Source: a bacterium
GTDB lineage: Bacteria > Krumholzibacteriota > Krumholzibacteriia > G020349025
Assembly: GCA_031362565.1 (NCBI GenBank)
Contig: JANLSU010000048.1
Location: 1-64,000, forward strand
Length of the DNA: 64,000 nucleotides
Direction: 5' to 3'
The notes below the pieces were generated by a model. The model had not been told where the DNA came from. It saw only the letters and a list, made by a program, of their open reading frames with translations, and did no database searches. The position numbers were made by a program, and so were the translations under genes. Below are positions 14,157-25,739 of this stretch, one piece after another; position 1 is the stretch's first letter, and every line of letters begins with the position of its first letter.

Positions 14157-15083
14157 CTACCGGGCGGCGCGGCGGCGTTCGGAGAGCTTGGCTTGGCGCA
14201 CCCGGGACGGCAGGGGCTGGCCGAGGGCCGCTTCGGCGATCGACGAGGCATCGACTAACCGGTCGAGGTCGACGCCGGTCTCGATGCCCATGCCGTGCAG
14301 CATGTACACCAGGTCCTCGGTGGCGAGGTTGCCGGTGGCGCCCGGCGCATAGGGACAGCCACCCAAGCCACCCGCCGAGGCATCGAAGACGTGCACCCCG
14401 AGGCCAAGTGCCGCCAACACGTTTGCGAGCGCCGTGCCGCGCGTGTCGTGGAAATGCAGCGCCAGGGTTCCGACATCGAAGGTCTCCAGCAGCAAGCCCA
14501 CGACATCGACGACTTGCGAGGGAACACCGACCCCGATCGTGTCGCCGATCGAAACTTCCTGGACGCCTAGTGCGAACAACTCGCCGGTCACCTGCTGCAC
14601 GGCGCGCGGATCGACGCGCCCCTCGTACGGGCAGCCGAAGCACGTCGAGACGTAGCCCCGCACTCGCACCCCGGCAGCGCGCGCCCGGACGACGACGGGA
14701 CGAAAGCGTTCGATCGATTCGGCGATCGACGCATTGATGTTGCGCTGGTTGAAGGTTTCACTGGCGGCCGTGAAGACGGCAATTTCTTGCACGCCGGCGG
14801 CGAGGGCCGCATCGAGCCCCTTCGCGTTGGGAACGAGGGCTGGATAGCGCGTTCCCGCCTGGCGGCGAAGGCGGGCGTACACCGTGTCCGAGGCCGCCAT
14901 CTGTGGAATGGCCTGCGGGCTCACGAACGCGCCGGCCTCGACCGCCGGTAAACCCGCCGCCGCGAGGGCCTCGATGAAACGCACTTTGACGTCGACGTCG
15001 AGCGCCGCGGCGACGTTCTGCAGACCATCGCGCGGTCCGACCTCGTAAACCGTCACGTGCGCTGGCAGGATGCGGGAACTCAT
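14157..15083 (-). CDS. hmgL: Hydroxymethylglutaryl-CoA lyase
   Basis: EVGPRDGLQN, LHFHDTRG, GGLGGCPYAPGATGN; ATG 15083 overlaps the upstream stop. Confidence 0.95.
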   Translation of the reverse strand: MSSRILPAHVTVYEVGPRDGLQNVAAALDVDVKVRFIEALAAAGLPAVEAGAFVSPQAIPQMAASDTVYARLRRQAGTRYPALVPNAKGLDAALAAGVQEIAVFTAASETFNQRNINASIAESIERFRPVVVRARAAGVRVRGYVSTCFGCPYEGRVDPRAVQQVTGELFALGVQEVSIGDTIGVGVPSQVVDVVGLLLETFDVGTLALHFHDTRGTALANVLAALGLGVHVFDASAGGLGGCPYAPGATGNLATEDLVYMLHGMGIETGVDLDRLVDASSIAEAALGQPLPSRVRQAKLSERRRAAR

Positions 15084-15571
15084 ACCGGTTCCGCCGCCAA
15101 ACGCACCAACGTGACGCCGCTTGCGACTTGCGTGCCGGCGACGGCGTGCACGTGTTCGACGATCCCGGCGCGCGGCGCGACGATTTCGTACTGCATCTTC
15201 ATGGCTTCGAGAACGACCAACGTCTGATCCTTGAGAACCGTATCGCCGGCCGCCACCAAGACCTTCAACACCGCACCCGGCATGGGAGCGGTGAGTTCGC
15301 CGGGCGGCGGACCACCGCGCTTGCGGCTCGGGGTTTCGAGACGCAGATGGTGCACGTGGCCGTCGATCCAAATCCAGCGCTCGTCGCCCGACTTGGCGAC
15401 GATGCAGCGCCGCTGCCGTCCCGCTTCGCGCAACACGTAGTCGCCCGGGCCCAGTTGATCCCAGGTGAAGATGCGCTCCCCGGCCGCGGTGGCGAGATGC
15501 AAGCGGTCGCCGTCGCGGCGTGCGGCGATTTCAACAAGCGTGTCGCCATTGCGAAAGCGGCGCGTGATCAT
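15080..15571 (-). CDS. Biotin carboxyl carrier subunit of acyl-CoA carboxylase
   Basis: APMPG, EAMKM biotinylation motif; ATGA overlap at 15571. Confidence 0.9.
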   Translation of the reverse strand: MITRRFRNGDTLVEIAARRDGDRLHLATAAGERIFTWDQLGPGDYVLREAGRQRRCIVAKSGDERWIWIDGHVHHLRLETPSRKRGGPPPGELTAPMPGAVLKVLVAAGDTVLKDQTLVVLEAMKMQYEIVAPRAGIVEHVHAVAGTQVASGVTLVRLAAEPV

Positions 15572-17103
15572 GATCGGCCCCCGCCGTTCGCGTGCCGCCA
15601 GGCGCCGAGCGCCGTCCATGGAGTCGCTGCCACGCTCGTGTCGCTGGTTTGCGCACCGGTCGCGCCGGCGCCGACGCGCGGTCCGGCCGCATCGTGCAAT
15701 GCCACCGCCGCCAGCGCCTCGTCCGGCAGCGGCACGGACTCGGGCGTCCAGTCCGCCAAATGCTCGGCCAGGAAATGCGTCGTGAGATCGCCGCGCTGAA
15801 ATGCGTCGACCTCGAGAATGGCCTGCAAGTAATCGAGATTGGTGGGCACGCCCAAGATCACGAACTCGGCGAGCGCGCGCCGCATGCGGGCCGTGGACTC
15901 GGCGCGGTCACGGCCGATCGTGATCACCTTGGCCAGCATCGGGTCGTACTGGATCGGCACGTCGAGCCCGTCGCGCAGCGCGCCGTCGACCCGCACGCCT
16001 GGCCCGCCGGGATGGCGAATGAGCAGGATCCTGCCGCCGGCCGGCAGAAAACCGCGTGCCGGCTCCTCGGCGTAAACCCGGCATTCCAGAGCGTGGCCGC
16101 GTTGCACCGGGTGGAGCGCTGCGGCCGGCATCGGGAGGCCGGCGGCGACTTCGAATTGCATCCGCACGAGATCGAGTCCGGTCACCATCTCGGTGATCGG
16201 ATGCTCGACCTGCAAACGGGTGTTCATTTCCAGGAAGTAGAAAGCGCCATGCGCGTCGAGCATGAACTCGACAGTACCGGCGCCGCGATAGTCGACGGCG
16301 CGCGCCGCCGCGACCGCCGCTTCACCCATGCGGGCCCGCAACGCCGCATCGACGACCGGCGAAGGGGTCTCTTCGACGATCTTCTGGTGCCGGCGCTGGA
16401 TCGAACACTCGCGTTCGAAGAGATGCACCGTGTTGCCATGCGCATCCGCGAACACCTGAAACTCGATATGGCGCGGCCGCTCGAGGTATCTCTCGAGGTA
16501 GATGGTGCCGTCACCGAACGCCTTCTCGGCTTCGCCGCGCGCCAAGCCGGCGGCGCGTTCGAACTCGGCGGCCTCGTGAACGACGCGCATGCCCTTGCCG
16601 CCGCCCCCGGCGCTCGCTTTGACGAGGACCGGAAAGCCCATCTTGGCCGCGGCCTTGGCGAGCACCCCGACGTCCTGAGTCTTGCCATCGGTGCCCGGCA
16701 CGACCGGCACGCCGGCCTTTTGCATGAGCGCCCGGGCGCCGATCTTGCTGCCCATGGCCTCGATCGCATCCGGCGGCGGTCCAATGAACGTCAGCCCGGC
16801 GGCGGCGCAACGCCGCGCGAAAGTCGCGTTCTCGGACAAGAATCCGTAGCCCGGGTGCACGGCATCGCAACCGGCCGCGGCGGCGATTTCCAGCAACCGG
16901 TCTTGGTTCAAATACGACTTCGCGGCCTCGGCGGGCCCCAAGAGGTAGGCCTCATCGGCGCGCGTCACGTGCGACGCGTGCGCGTCGGCGTCCGAGTACA
17001 CCGCCACCGCTTGAATGCCAAGTTCGCGCAACGTCCGCTGAATGCGGATGGCGATCTCGCCGCGGTTGGCGATCAGCACTTTGCGAAACAGTGGTTGCTT
17101 CAT
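15568..17103 (-). CDS. Biotin carboxylase (methylcrotonyl-CoA carboxylase alpha, BC part)
   Basis: KVLIANRGEIA, HPGYGFLSEN, GGGGKGM, ERECSIQRRHQK, EMNTRLQVEH. Confidence 0.95.
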   Translation of the reverse strand: MKQPLFRKVLIANRGEIAIRIQRTLRELGIQAVAVYSDADAHASHVTRADEAYLLGPAEAAKSYLNQDRLLEIAAAAGCDAVHPGYGFLSENATFARRCAAAGLTFIGPPPDAIEAMGSKIGARALMQKAGVPVVPGTDGKTQDVGVLAKAAAKMGFPVLVKASAGGGGKGMRVVHEAAEFERAAGLARGEAEKAFGDGTIYLERYLERPRHIEFQVFADAHGNTVHLFERECSIQRRHQKIVEETPSPVVDAALRARMGEAAVAAARAVDYRGAGTVEFMLDAHGAFYFLEMNTRLQVEHPITEMVTGLDLVRMQFEVAAGLPMPAAALHPVQRGHALECRVYAEEPARGFLPAGGRILLIRHPGGPGVRVDGALRDGLDVPIQYDPMLAKVITIGRDRAESTARMRRALAEFVILGVPTNLDYLQAILEVDAFQRGDLTTHFLAEHLADWTPESVPLPDEALAAVALHDAAGPRVGAGATGAQTSDTSVAATPWTALGAWRHANGGGRS

Positions 17104-17227
17104 CGTCCGCAGGCTAACACCTGGCCGACATGCGTCGCAACTGCAGCGCGGGGGCGCGGCCGGAATCGCATTCACGGATGGACGTAGTTGCGCAGCTGGA
17201 GCACCCGGAGGCCACCGGAAGAGCCCC

Positions 17228-17698
17228 TCAACGATAGAAATCGACCCATTCGAAGTGGCAGGCGCGGGGGCCGGCTTGCGCGAAGTCGGCGGAGGAATCG
17301 ATTTCGAAGCCGTCACTCGTGGGCCGCAACGGCATGAAGAGCGGATCTTCGGGCCCGAGTGCCTGGCTCGCGGCAGTGCCACGCCGGCCGGTTTCCGAAA
17401 CGCTGCCGTCGTGGTGCACCGCGATCTCGACGCGGCGATCGGCGTATTCGAAATGAAAACCTTCGAGCGCCCGGACGTGCAGCCGGATCTGCAGCGCCTG
17501 ACCGCGGCCCGCAAGCGCCAGATCGGCCCGGCCGATGCCGGAGCCGGCGACCGTCACGATGGTGCAGGACGCCGTTTGCGAGGTTTCAATGCGCGTTGAT
17601 TCGGATGCCGAGGTGACGCGGACTCGCGGTGGCAGAGATCCGGCGCACGCCGCGCCCAAAACGAGGCCCATCGCCGCCAGAGCCGATGAACGCCGCAT
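17228..17698 (-). CDS. Hypothetical lipoprotein
   Basis: Signal peptide with LGAAC lipobox-like motif; fills the gap between carboxylase genes; RBS GAGG. Confidence 0.6.
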   Translation of the reverse strand: MRRSSALAAMGLVLGAACAGSLPPRVRVTSASESTRIETSQTASCTIVTVAGSGIGRADLALAGRGQALQIRLHVRALEGFHFEYADRRVEIAVHHDGSVSETGRRGTAASQALGPEDPLFMPLRPTSDGFEIDSSADFAQAGPRACHFEWVDFYR

Positions 17699-17715
17699 CG
17701 CGGTGGCACCTCACA

Positions 17716-19326
<1,611 letters not shown>

Positions 19327-19483
19327 GGGGCGCGATCTTACACTACGCCTCCCGAACGGTCACGCGCGCAGCGCGGCGCTGGTTTTCGCCGCCGCTTGAC
19401 GCTCGGACGCGGCGCTGTCTAGGCTCGCGGCGTTCGGTCGCCCCGCCGGCTTGGCCCCCCTCGTACGATTCGTGGAGGCTGTC

Positions 19484-20638
19484 GTGAAACGCATCCAGGT
19501 CGCGCTCTTGCTCCTCGGGCTCGGCGCCAGCGTCCAGACTGCCGACGCGATCCCGCGCTACACCGCGCGCTACGGCCAGGCTTGCACTCTCTGCCATGTG
19601 AACCCAAGCGGCGGCGGCATGCGCAGCCTTTATGCCAGCCAGTACATCGTGCCCAAAGAACTGGCGATGAAGCGGCTTACCGACGAAGAGATCGCCAAGA
19701 TCCAGCCGAAGGTGAGCGAGAGCATCACGCTCGGCGCCGACCTGCGAAGCGCGCACTTCCACTCCACCGCGGACCAGGTGGCGCGCAATTTCTTTTTGAT
19801 GCAGGGCGATCTGTACGCGCAATTCTCGATCGACGAGCGCTACTCGGCCAATATCGATGTCGACCAGGAGGGCAGCGTCGAGATCTACGCTCTGGCCTGG
19901 GTCCTGCCGTGGAGCGGCTACGTGAAGGCCGGGCGCTTCACGCCGGTGTTCGGGTGGAAGTTTCCCGATCACAATCTGTTCAGCCGCGAGGAACTGAGTT
20001 TCGATCAGCCGTTCAACACCGATGCGGGAATCGAAATTGGCTTCTACCCGAAACACGTGTCGCTGTGGGCCTCGGTGCTGAACGGTGAACCGCCGGTCAA
20101 CACCCGCTTCGATACCAACGACGACCTGGCCTATGTCGTGGGTGCGCTGTCGCAATTCAAAGTGCGGCAGTTCGGGATCGGATTGGGCGGCTCGTTCCTC
20201 TACAACCAGAAGGATCCGGGGCGGACGAGCGCCAGTGAAGGCGGCGGCCCGCCGGGCCGGCGCACCCAAGGCGGTCCTTTTGGTTCATTCACCTGGGGCC
20301 CCTGGAGCTGGCTTTGGGAAGTCGACGCGACGCGGCTTCTCATCCCCAACGTGCGGGTCAAGACCAAGCTCCTCACGACGCACGAACTGGCGTACGAAGT
20401 GCGCCAGGGGGTCGACATCGTCGGCAACTACAACTGGGTCGATCGCAACGTCGACCTGGGGACCGGGACCAAGCAGCGCTTCGGGCTGGGTGTCGACGTG
20501 ACTCCGGTGCCGTTCGTGGAGTTGCAGGCGCAGTTGAACCGCTATGTTGCCACCGGGCACGACGCGGCCCAGGCCCTGCCCGACCTCTTCGAGCCCAGCT
20601 ACTGGCGCTCGGAAGTTCAGATCCACCTCTTTTATTGA
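19484..20638 (+). CDS. Fused monoheme cytochrome c / outer-membrane beta-barrel
   Basis: GTG start after GGAGG; signal peptide then IPRYTARYGQACTLCH; amphipathic beta strands; C-terminal aromatic residue (IHLFY). Confidence 0.75.
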   Translation: MKRIQVALLLLGLGASVQTADAIPRYTARYGQACTLCHVNPSGGGMRSLYASQYIVPKELAMKRLTDEEIAKIQPKVSESITLGADLRSAHFHSTADQVARNFFLMQGDLYAQFSIDERYSANIDVDQEGSVEIYALAWVLPWSGYVKAGRFTPVFGWKFPDHNLFSREELSFDQPFNTDAGIEIGFYPKHVSLWASVLNGEPPVNTRFDTNDDLAYVVGALSQFKVRQFGIGLGGSFLYNQKDPGRTSASEGGGPPGRRTQGGPFGSFTWGPWSWLWEVDATRLLIPNVRVKTKLLTTHELAYEVRQGVDIVGNYNWVDRNVDLGTGTKQRFGLGVDVTPVPFVELQAQLNRYVATGHDAAQALPDLFEPSYWRSEVQIHLFY

Positions 20639-20774
20639 CCGGGTCGGCAGCGCACCGGGGTGTCGTCTATACTGGTTTGGAACCCATGGCCCATGCCGAT
20701 CCCCACGGGGCGGGCCCGCCGTTTGTTGCACCCCTATAGCGGCCCCGGCCCGGGCTGCGGTCCTCGAGGTCGTC

Positions 20775-21350
20775 ATGCTGTGTCGCGTTGCTTTGGCGTT
20801 CGCCGGCGTCGCGCTCGCCGCCTCGGCGTCCGCCACACCGTTCGTTCTCGTCCCCACCGCCAGCAAGGTGCAATTCGAATCCAAGGCGCCGATGGAGTCG
20901 TTCACGGGCAAGACGCAGAAGGTTTCTGGCGCCGTGGATCTGGATCCGGCGGCATTGGCCGACAGCATCCTGGTTTCGGTCGCCGTCGACATGGCGAGTT
21001 TGGAGACCGGCATGGCGCTGCGTGACCGGCACATGCGCGAGAATCACCTGCAGGTCGACAAGTTTCCCACCGGGACATTCGCCGGCGGCAATCTTGCGGA
21101 CCTTTCTGCCACGTCGCTCACTTCGGGCGCGCCCGTCACCGGCACGATCACCGGGCAACTTACGCTGCACGGTGTGGAGCACCAGATTACGGCGCCGGTG
21201 GAACTGAGTTTGAAGGACGGCAGCCTGCATGTCGTGGCGCACTTCGCCGTCAAACTCGCCGACTATGCGATCCCGCGCCCGCAAATGCTGATGATGAAGC
21301 TCGGAGAAACGCAAACTGTGACCGTCGACGTCACAGGGCGCACGCAGTAA
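20775..21350 (+). CDS. YceI family periplasmic protein
   Basis: SKVQF, SLETGMALRDRHM, KFPTGTF, GQLTLHGV. Confidence 0.9.
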   Translation: MLCRVALAFAGVALAASASATPFVLVPTASKVQFESKAPMESFTGKTQKVSGAVDLDPAALADSILVSVAVDMASLETGMALRDRHMRENHLQVDKFPTGTFAGGNLADLSATSLTSGAPVTGTITGQLTLHGVEHQITAPVELSLKDGSLHVVAHFAVKLADYAIPRPQMLMMKLGETQTVTVDVTGRTQ

Positions 21351-21370
21351 CGCCATTGGGGTTGAACTTC

Positions 21371-22846
21371 ATGATGCACGCCGCGTCGCCGCACCGGCTC
21401 CGCACCAGCCGCCTGACGGCTCGACTGGCGTTCGTGGGTGCCGGCGCCTTGCTCCTCAGTTGCGCCGATTTCGGCGACCCCTTCGTGCCGTCGGTCGCGA
21501 CCGTGGCGGTGCGCACGACCAACCAAGTAGAGGCCGTGATTGGCGACGACGTCGTGCTTGCGGCCGACGTTCGCGACGCGGCCGGCCGGCCCATTGACGG
21601 TGCACAAGTGACGTGGCTGGCATCCGATCTCGGTGTGGTGCAAGTGCAACCGCAAGGTGCCACCGGGGCGCTCGTCAGCGCCCGCGCCGCGGGAACGGCC
21701 ACTGTCGTCGCGACCTGTCGCGGGGTGGAGAGCACGCCAATCGAAATCACCGTGCGCGTAGCCCTGATCCAGTCGATCACCATCACGTCGCCACCCAACG
21801 CGGTGACGATTCCCATCACTCGATCGGTGCAGTTTACAGCGCGTGTCGTCGATGAACGCGGCAACGTCGTGACGGGCGCCAGGGTTGTTTGGAGTGCGTC
21901 GGCTCCGGCCGTAGCCATCGACTCGACGGGATTTGCGACCGGCAGCGTCGAGGGCGCGGCCGACGTTACTGCGACACTCGGCACCGTGCACAGTGCGCCG
22001 GTGCATGTAGTGGTCCGCTTGCTCGCGACGTCGTCGGTGACGATCACGTCACCGGCCAGTCCGGCGACGATTCCGGTAACGCAGTCGGTGCAATTCGCGG
22101 CCACCGTTGTCGACGAGTTTGGCAACTTCGTCGACAACGCCACGATCGTGTGGAACTCGTCGAACGCCGCCGTGGCCATCGACACCCATGGACTCGCGAC
22201 CGGCAGCGCCGAGGGCACCGCCGATGTCACCGCGACGAGTGGGAACGTGCAAAGCGTCCCGGTTCAGGTGGTGGTCCGGCCACTCGCGACCGGGTCGGTC
22301 GAAATCACGAGCCCAGCGAGCCCCGTCAGCCTTTTGACCAACCAGACCGTGCAGTTCGCCGCCACGGTCCGTAATGAACTCGGCGCCGTCATGGTCAACG
22401 CGCCGGTGGCGTGGAATGCTTCGAGTGCCGCGGTGTCGATCGGCCCGAACGGCCTGTTGCGCGCCATTGCCGGTGGCCCCGCAACCGTGACCGCGACGAA
22501 CGGCGGCGTGCAGTCGGCGCCGGTGACGGTGAACGTCACGGCCATCAGCTTCGCGACCGCGGTGCAGCCGATCTTCGACTCGTTCTGCGTGCGCTGCCAC
22601 GGCTTCAACGGTAACCTGACCCTCTCGGACAACGCGTACGATCGCATCGTAAATGAGATCTCCGGGCAAAACCCGTCGCTCTTCCTCGTCAAACCCGGCG
22701 ACCCGGACAACAGCTACATCTACTTGAAAATGTCCGGCTGCAGCGCCCGCGGCTGTGCCGGCGACCGCATGCCGCCCGGCAGCACAGTTGGACCGGCGGC
22801 GCTGCAAACCATGCGCGACTGGATTCTGGGCGGCGCGGCGCGCTGA
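21371..22846 (+). CDS. Lipoprotein with four Ig-like (Big_2) repeats and C-terminal monoheme cytochrome c
   Basis: LLLSC lipobox; ~86-aa repeats (ITSP..VQF.A.V.DE.GN); VQPIFDSFCVRCH...MPP...WILGGA; start codon uncertain. Confidence 0.8.
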   Translation: MMHAASPHRLRTSRLTARLAFVGAGALLLSCADFGDPFVPSVATVAVRTTNQVEAVIGDDVVLAADVRDAAGRPIDGAQVTWLASDLGVVQVQPQGATGALVSARAAGTATVVATCRGVESTPIEITVRVALIQSITITSPPNAVTIPITRSVQFTARVVDERGNVVTGARVVWSASAPAVAIDSTGFATGSVEGAADVTATLGTVHSAPVHVVVRLLATSSVTITSPASPATIPVTQSVQFAATVVDEFGNFVDNATIVWNSSNAAVAIDTHGLATGSAEGTADVTATSGNVQSVPVQVVVRPLATGSVEITSPASPVSLLTNQTVQFAATVRNELGAVMVNAPVAWNASSAAVSIGPNGLLRAIAGGPATVTATNGGVQSAPVTVNVTAISFATAVQPIFDSFCVRCHGFNGNLTLSDNAYDRIVNEISGQNPSLFLVKPGDPDNSYIYLKMSGCSARGCAGDRMPPGSTVGPAALQTMRDWILGGAAR

Positions 22847-22994
22847 ACCGCGCCGCCGCGCCGGCTCCTCGCGCCTTACATCCGGCGCGACAAGGCCGCC
22901 GGCCACGGCTATACTGGGTCGCTTCTTGAATCCGCGCCGAGGGCCAAGGCCCCCCAGGACCGCCCTCCTCTCACCTGCACGCCCGGAGGCTCCC

Positions 22995-25739
22995 ATGTCG
23001 TTCGCGTCACGCTGCGTTACACCAGTGGGACTCGCTCTCGCGCTCGCACTGCACGCCGTACCAGGGCATGCCGGCTACGTCAACTTCGAGAGCCAGCAGG
23101 TGCATCCGATCGCCTTGACGCCCGACGGCACGAAGTTGCTCGCGGTCAACACGCCGGACGGCAAACTCGCGGTTTTCAGCGTCAACGGCGGGAATCCGAG
23201 CCTGCTCTTCGAAACCGCCGTCGGCATCGAGCCCGTGAGCGTCGCCGCCGAGAGCAATACCCGCGCCTGGGTCGTGAACCACGTTTCGGACACGGTCAGC
23301 TTGGTCGACTTGCTGAGCGGCAATGTCGTCGAGACGCTGGCCGTCGGCGACGAACCGGCCGATGTCGTCTTCGCCAACGGCAAAGCCTTCGTGTCGGTGT
23401 CGCAAGAGGACGCGGTCAAGATCTACTCGGTCGCGAATCCGGCCGCGCCGCCGGTCGTCGTGCCGATCTTCGGCAGCGATCCGCAAGCGCTCGCCCGCAA
23501 TGCCGCCGGCACGCGCGTCTATGTCGCGGTCTTCGAAAGCGGCAATCAGACGACGATCGCCTCGGGAACCGATGTCGTCAGTCATGGTGGACTGCCGGCC
23601 CCGAACCCCAGCGGCCGGCCGAACGTCGGACTCGTCTTGAAATACGTCAACGGCCACTGGGTGGACGAAATCAACCGGAACTTCGACAACAGCCATCCGT
23701 ACACCCTTCCCGACCATGACGTCGCGATCCTGGATGCGACGGCCGGGGTGCCGGCTCCACAGTACGTGGACGGCTTGGGCACGCTGCTCTTCAATCTCGC
23801 GGTGCATCCGGTCTCGGGCAAGCTCTACGTCACCAATACGGAAGCGCTGAATCAAATCCGCTTCGAGCCTGCTCTGCGCGGCCAGTTCCTGCGCACCCGC
23901 GTTTCGATCGTCGACCCGAACGTGCCGGCGGTGCGTTCGCTCGTCGATCTCAATCCGCACATCAATTACGGAGTCACTCCGGGACCGCCCTCGGAGACCA
24001 GCCAGAGCCTGTCGCAACCGGGCGGGATCGCCTTCCAAGCGGCGGGTGGCGTCGGGTATGTCACGGCGCTCGGTTCCGCCAAGGTCGCGGTCCTCGACGA
24101 TGCCGGCAACGTGACGTCGCGCATCGGCGTCGGCCAGGGCCCGAGCGGACTCGCGCTCGACGAGACCAATCACCGGCTCTACGTTCTCAACCGCTTCGAA
24201 GAAACGATCAGCATCGTCAACACCAATACCCGCGCTGTCGACCACGCGGTGTCCTTGGGATACGACCCGAGTCCGCTGACGGTCAAGAACGGCCGCCGCT
24301 TCTTGTACGACGGCCAATTGTCATCGGGGCACGGCGATCTGGCGTGCGCGTCGTGTCACGCGGGCGGCAATCTCGATGCGATCGCCTGGGACCTCGGAGA
24401 TCCGAACGGCGCGTTCCAGCCGGCGCCGCCGAACCAATTGGATCCGCTGTTGCAAGGCTTCCATGCGATGAAGGGCCCGATGACGACGCAATCGCTGCGC
24501 GGCCTCGCCGGCACCCAACCCTTCCATTGGCGTGGCGATCGCGCCGACTTCGAGAATTTCAACGGTGCGTTCGTGTCACTCATGGGACGTGGGACACAGA
24601 TTTCGGGCGCCGACATGCAAGCGTTCAAGGATTTCGTCTTTACGATCAAGTACCCGGCGAACCCCGGCCAGAACTTGGATCGCACCTTTCCGAATCCCGC
24701 CAGCGGCCCGAGCCCCGAACGCGGCCGGCAGGCCTTCCTGAACAACATTCTCGATGGCCCGTTTCGCTGCGTGCAATGCCACGCGCTGCCAACAGGTACG
24801 AGCGGTCAATTGACCGACCGCCTGGCGTTGCAGGCGCCGCAGGACATGAAGATTCCGCAGTTGCGCAATCTCTACGAAAAAACCGGTTTGACGTTCACGG
24901 CGGGCGAAAAGAAGCGCGGCTTCGGCTTCATCCACGATGGTTCGGAGCCGACGCTGCTCGAATTCTTGCGGCTGCCGGTGTTCACTTTCCCGAGCGACGC
25001 CATGCGCCAAGACATCGAGGCTTTCCTGCTGACGTTCGACACCGGGACCGCGCCGGCAGTCGGCGTGCAGCGCACCGTGTATGCGAGCAATCGCAACGAT
25101 TTGGCCACCGTACAGTGGATCGAAACACTCATCGCGCAGGACCAAGCCGGCAACTGCGACTTGATCGTCAAGGGGCGCTTGAACGGCCAGGCACGCGGTT
25201 TCGTCTATGACGGCGCCGGAATGTTCCGCTCGGATCGCGCCTCCGAGCCGTTGATGGCCAAAGATTTCCTGCGCGCCTTCGCCGGCACCGGATCCGAACT
25301 CACGTACACCGGTGTGCCGCCGGGCTCGGGTACGCGCTCCGGCATCGACCGCGACGAAGACGGGTACCCGGACCGCACCGAGATCGATGCGGGTTCGGAT
25401 CCGGCCGATCCGGCATCGACACCCACGCCCGTCGCCAACGGCCCGAACGGCAGCAGCAACGGCGATGCGACGCTGTTCGCCAGCTATCCCAATCCGGCCC
25501 GCGACACCGCGCGGCTGTCCTTCGAATTGGTGGCGCATACCAACGTGCGCTTGCGCATCTATGCCGCCGATGGCCGGCTCGTACGCGCCCTGTGGGATGG
25601 CGCCGCCGGTCCGGGCTTGGTGCGACTGACTTGGGACGGTACGAACGACGGCGGGCATCGCGCCGCTTCGGGGCGCTATTTCTACCGCCTCGACACGCCG
25701 ACGCATTCTTTCGCGCGGCCGTTGCTCCTCGTGCGTTGA
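22995..25739 (+). CDS. Secreted YncE-like beta-propeller / diheme cytochrome c protein with FlgD-Ig C-terminal domain
   Basis: Signal peptide; propeller repeats (VGIEPVSV, VGDEPADV, VGQGPSGL); CASCH and CVQCH; YPNP...WDGTND.G...ASG.YFYRL. Confidence 0.85.
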   Translation: MSFASRCVTPVGLALALALHAVPGHAGYVNFESQQVHPIALTPDGTKLLAVNTPDGKLAVFSVNGGNPSLLFETAVGIEPVSVAAESNTRAWVVNHVSDTVSLVDLLSGNVVETLAVGDEPADVVFANGKAFVSVSQEDAVKIYSVANPAAPPVVVPIFGSDPQALARNAAGTRVYVAVFESGNQTTIASGTDVVSHGGLPAPNPSGRPNVGLVLKYVNGHWVDEINRNFDNSHPYTLPDHDVAILDATAGVPAPQYVDGLGTLLFNLAVHPVSGKLYVTNTEALNQIRFEPALRGQFLRTRVSIVDPNVPAVRSLVDLNPHINYGVTPGPPSETSQSLSQPGGIAFQAAGGVGYVTALGSAKVAVLDDAGNVTSRIGVGQGPSGLALDETNHRLYVLNRFEETISIVNTNTRAVDHAVSLGYDPSPLTVKNGRRFLYDGQLSSGHGDLACASCHAGGNLDAIAWDLGDPNGAFQPAPPNQLDPLLQGFHAMKGPMTTQSLRGLAGTQPFHWRGDRADFENFNGAFVSLMGRGTQISGADMQAFKDFVFTIKYPANPGQNLDRTFPNPASGPSPERGRQAFLNNILDGPFRCVQCHALPTGTSGQLTDRLALQAPQDMKIPQLRNLYEKTGLTFTAGEKKRGFGFIHDGSEPTLLEFLRLPVFTFPSDAMRQDIEAFLLTFDTGTAPAVGVQRTVYASNRNDLATVQWIETLIAQDQAGNCDLIVKGRLNGQARGFVYDGAGMFRSDRASEPLMAKDFLRAFAGTGSELTYTGVPPGSGTRSGIDRDEDGYPDRTEIDAGSDPADPASTPTPVANGPNGSSNGDATLFASYPNPARDTARLSFELVAHTNVRLRIYAADGRLVRALWDGAAGPGLVRLTWDGTNDGGHRAASGRYFYRLDTPTHSFARPLLLVR

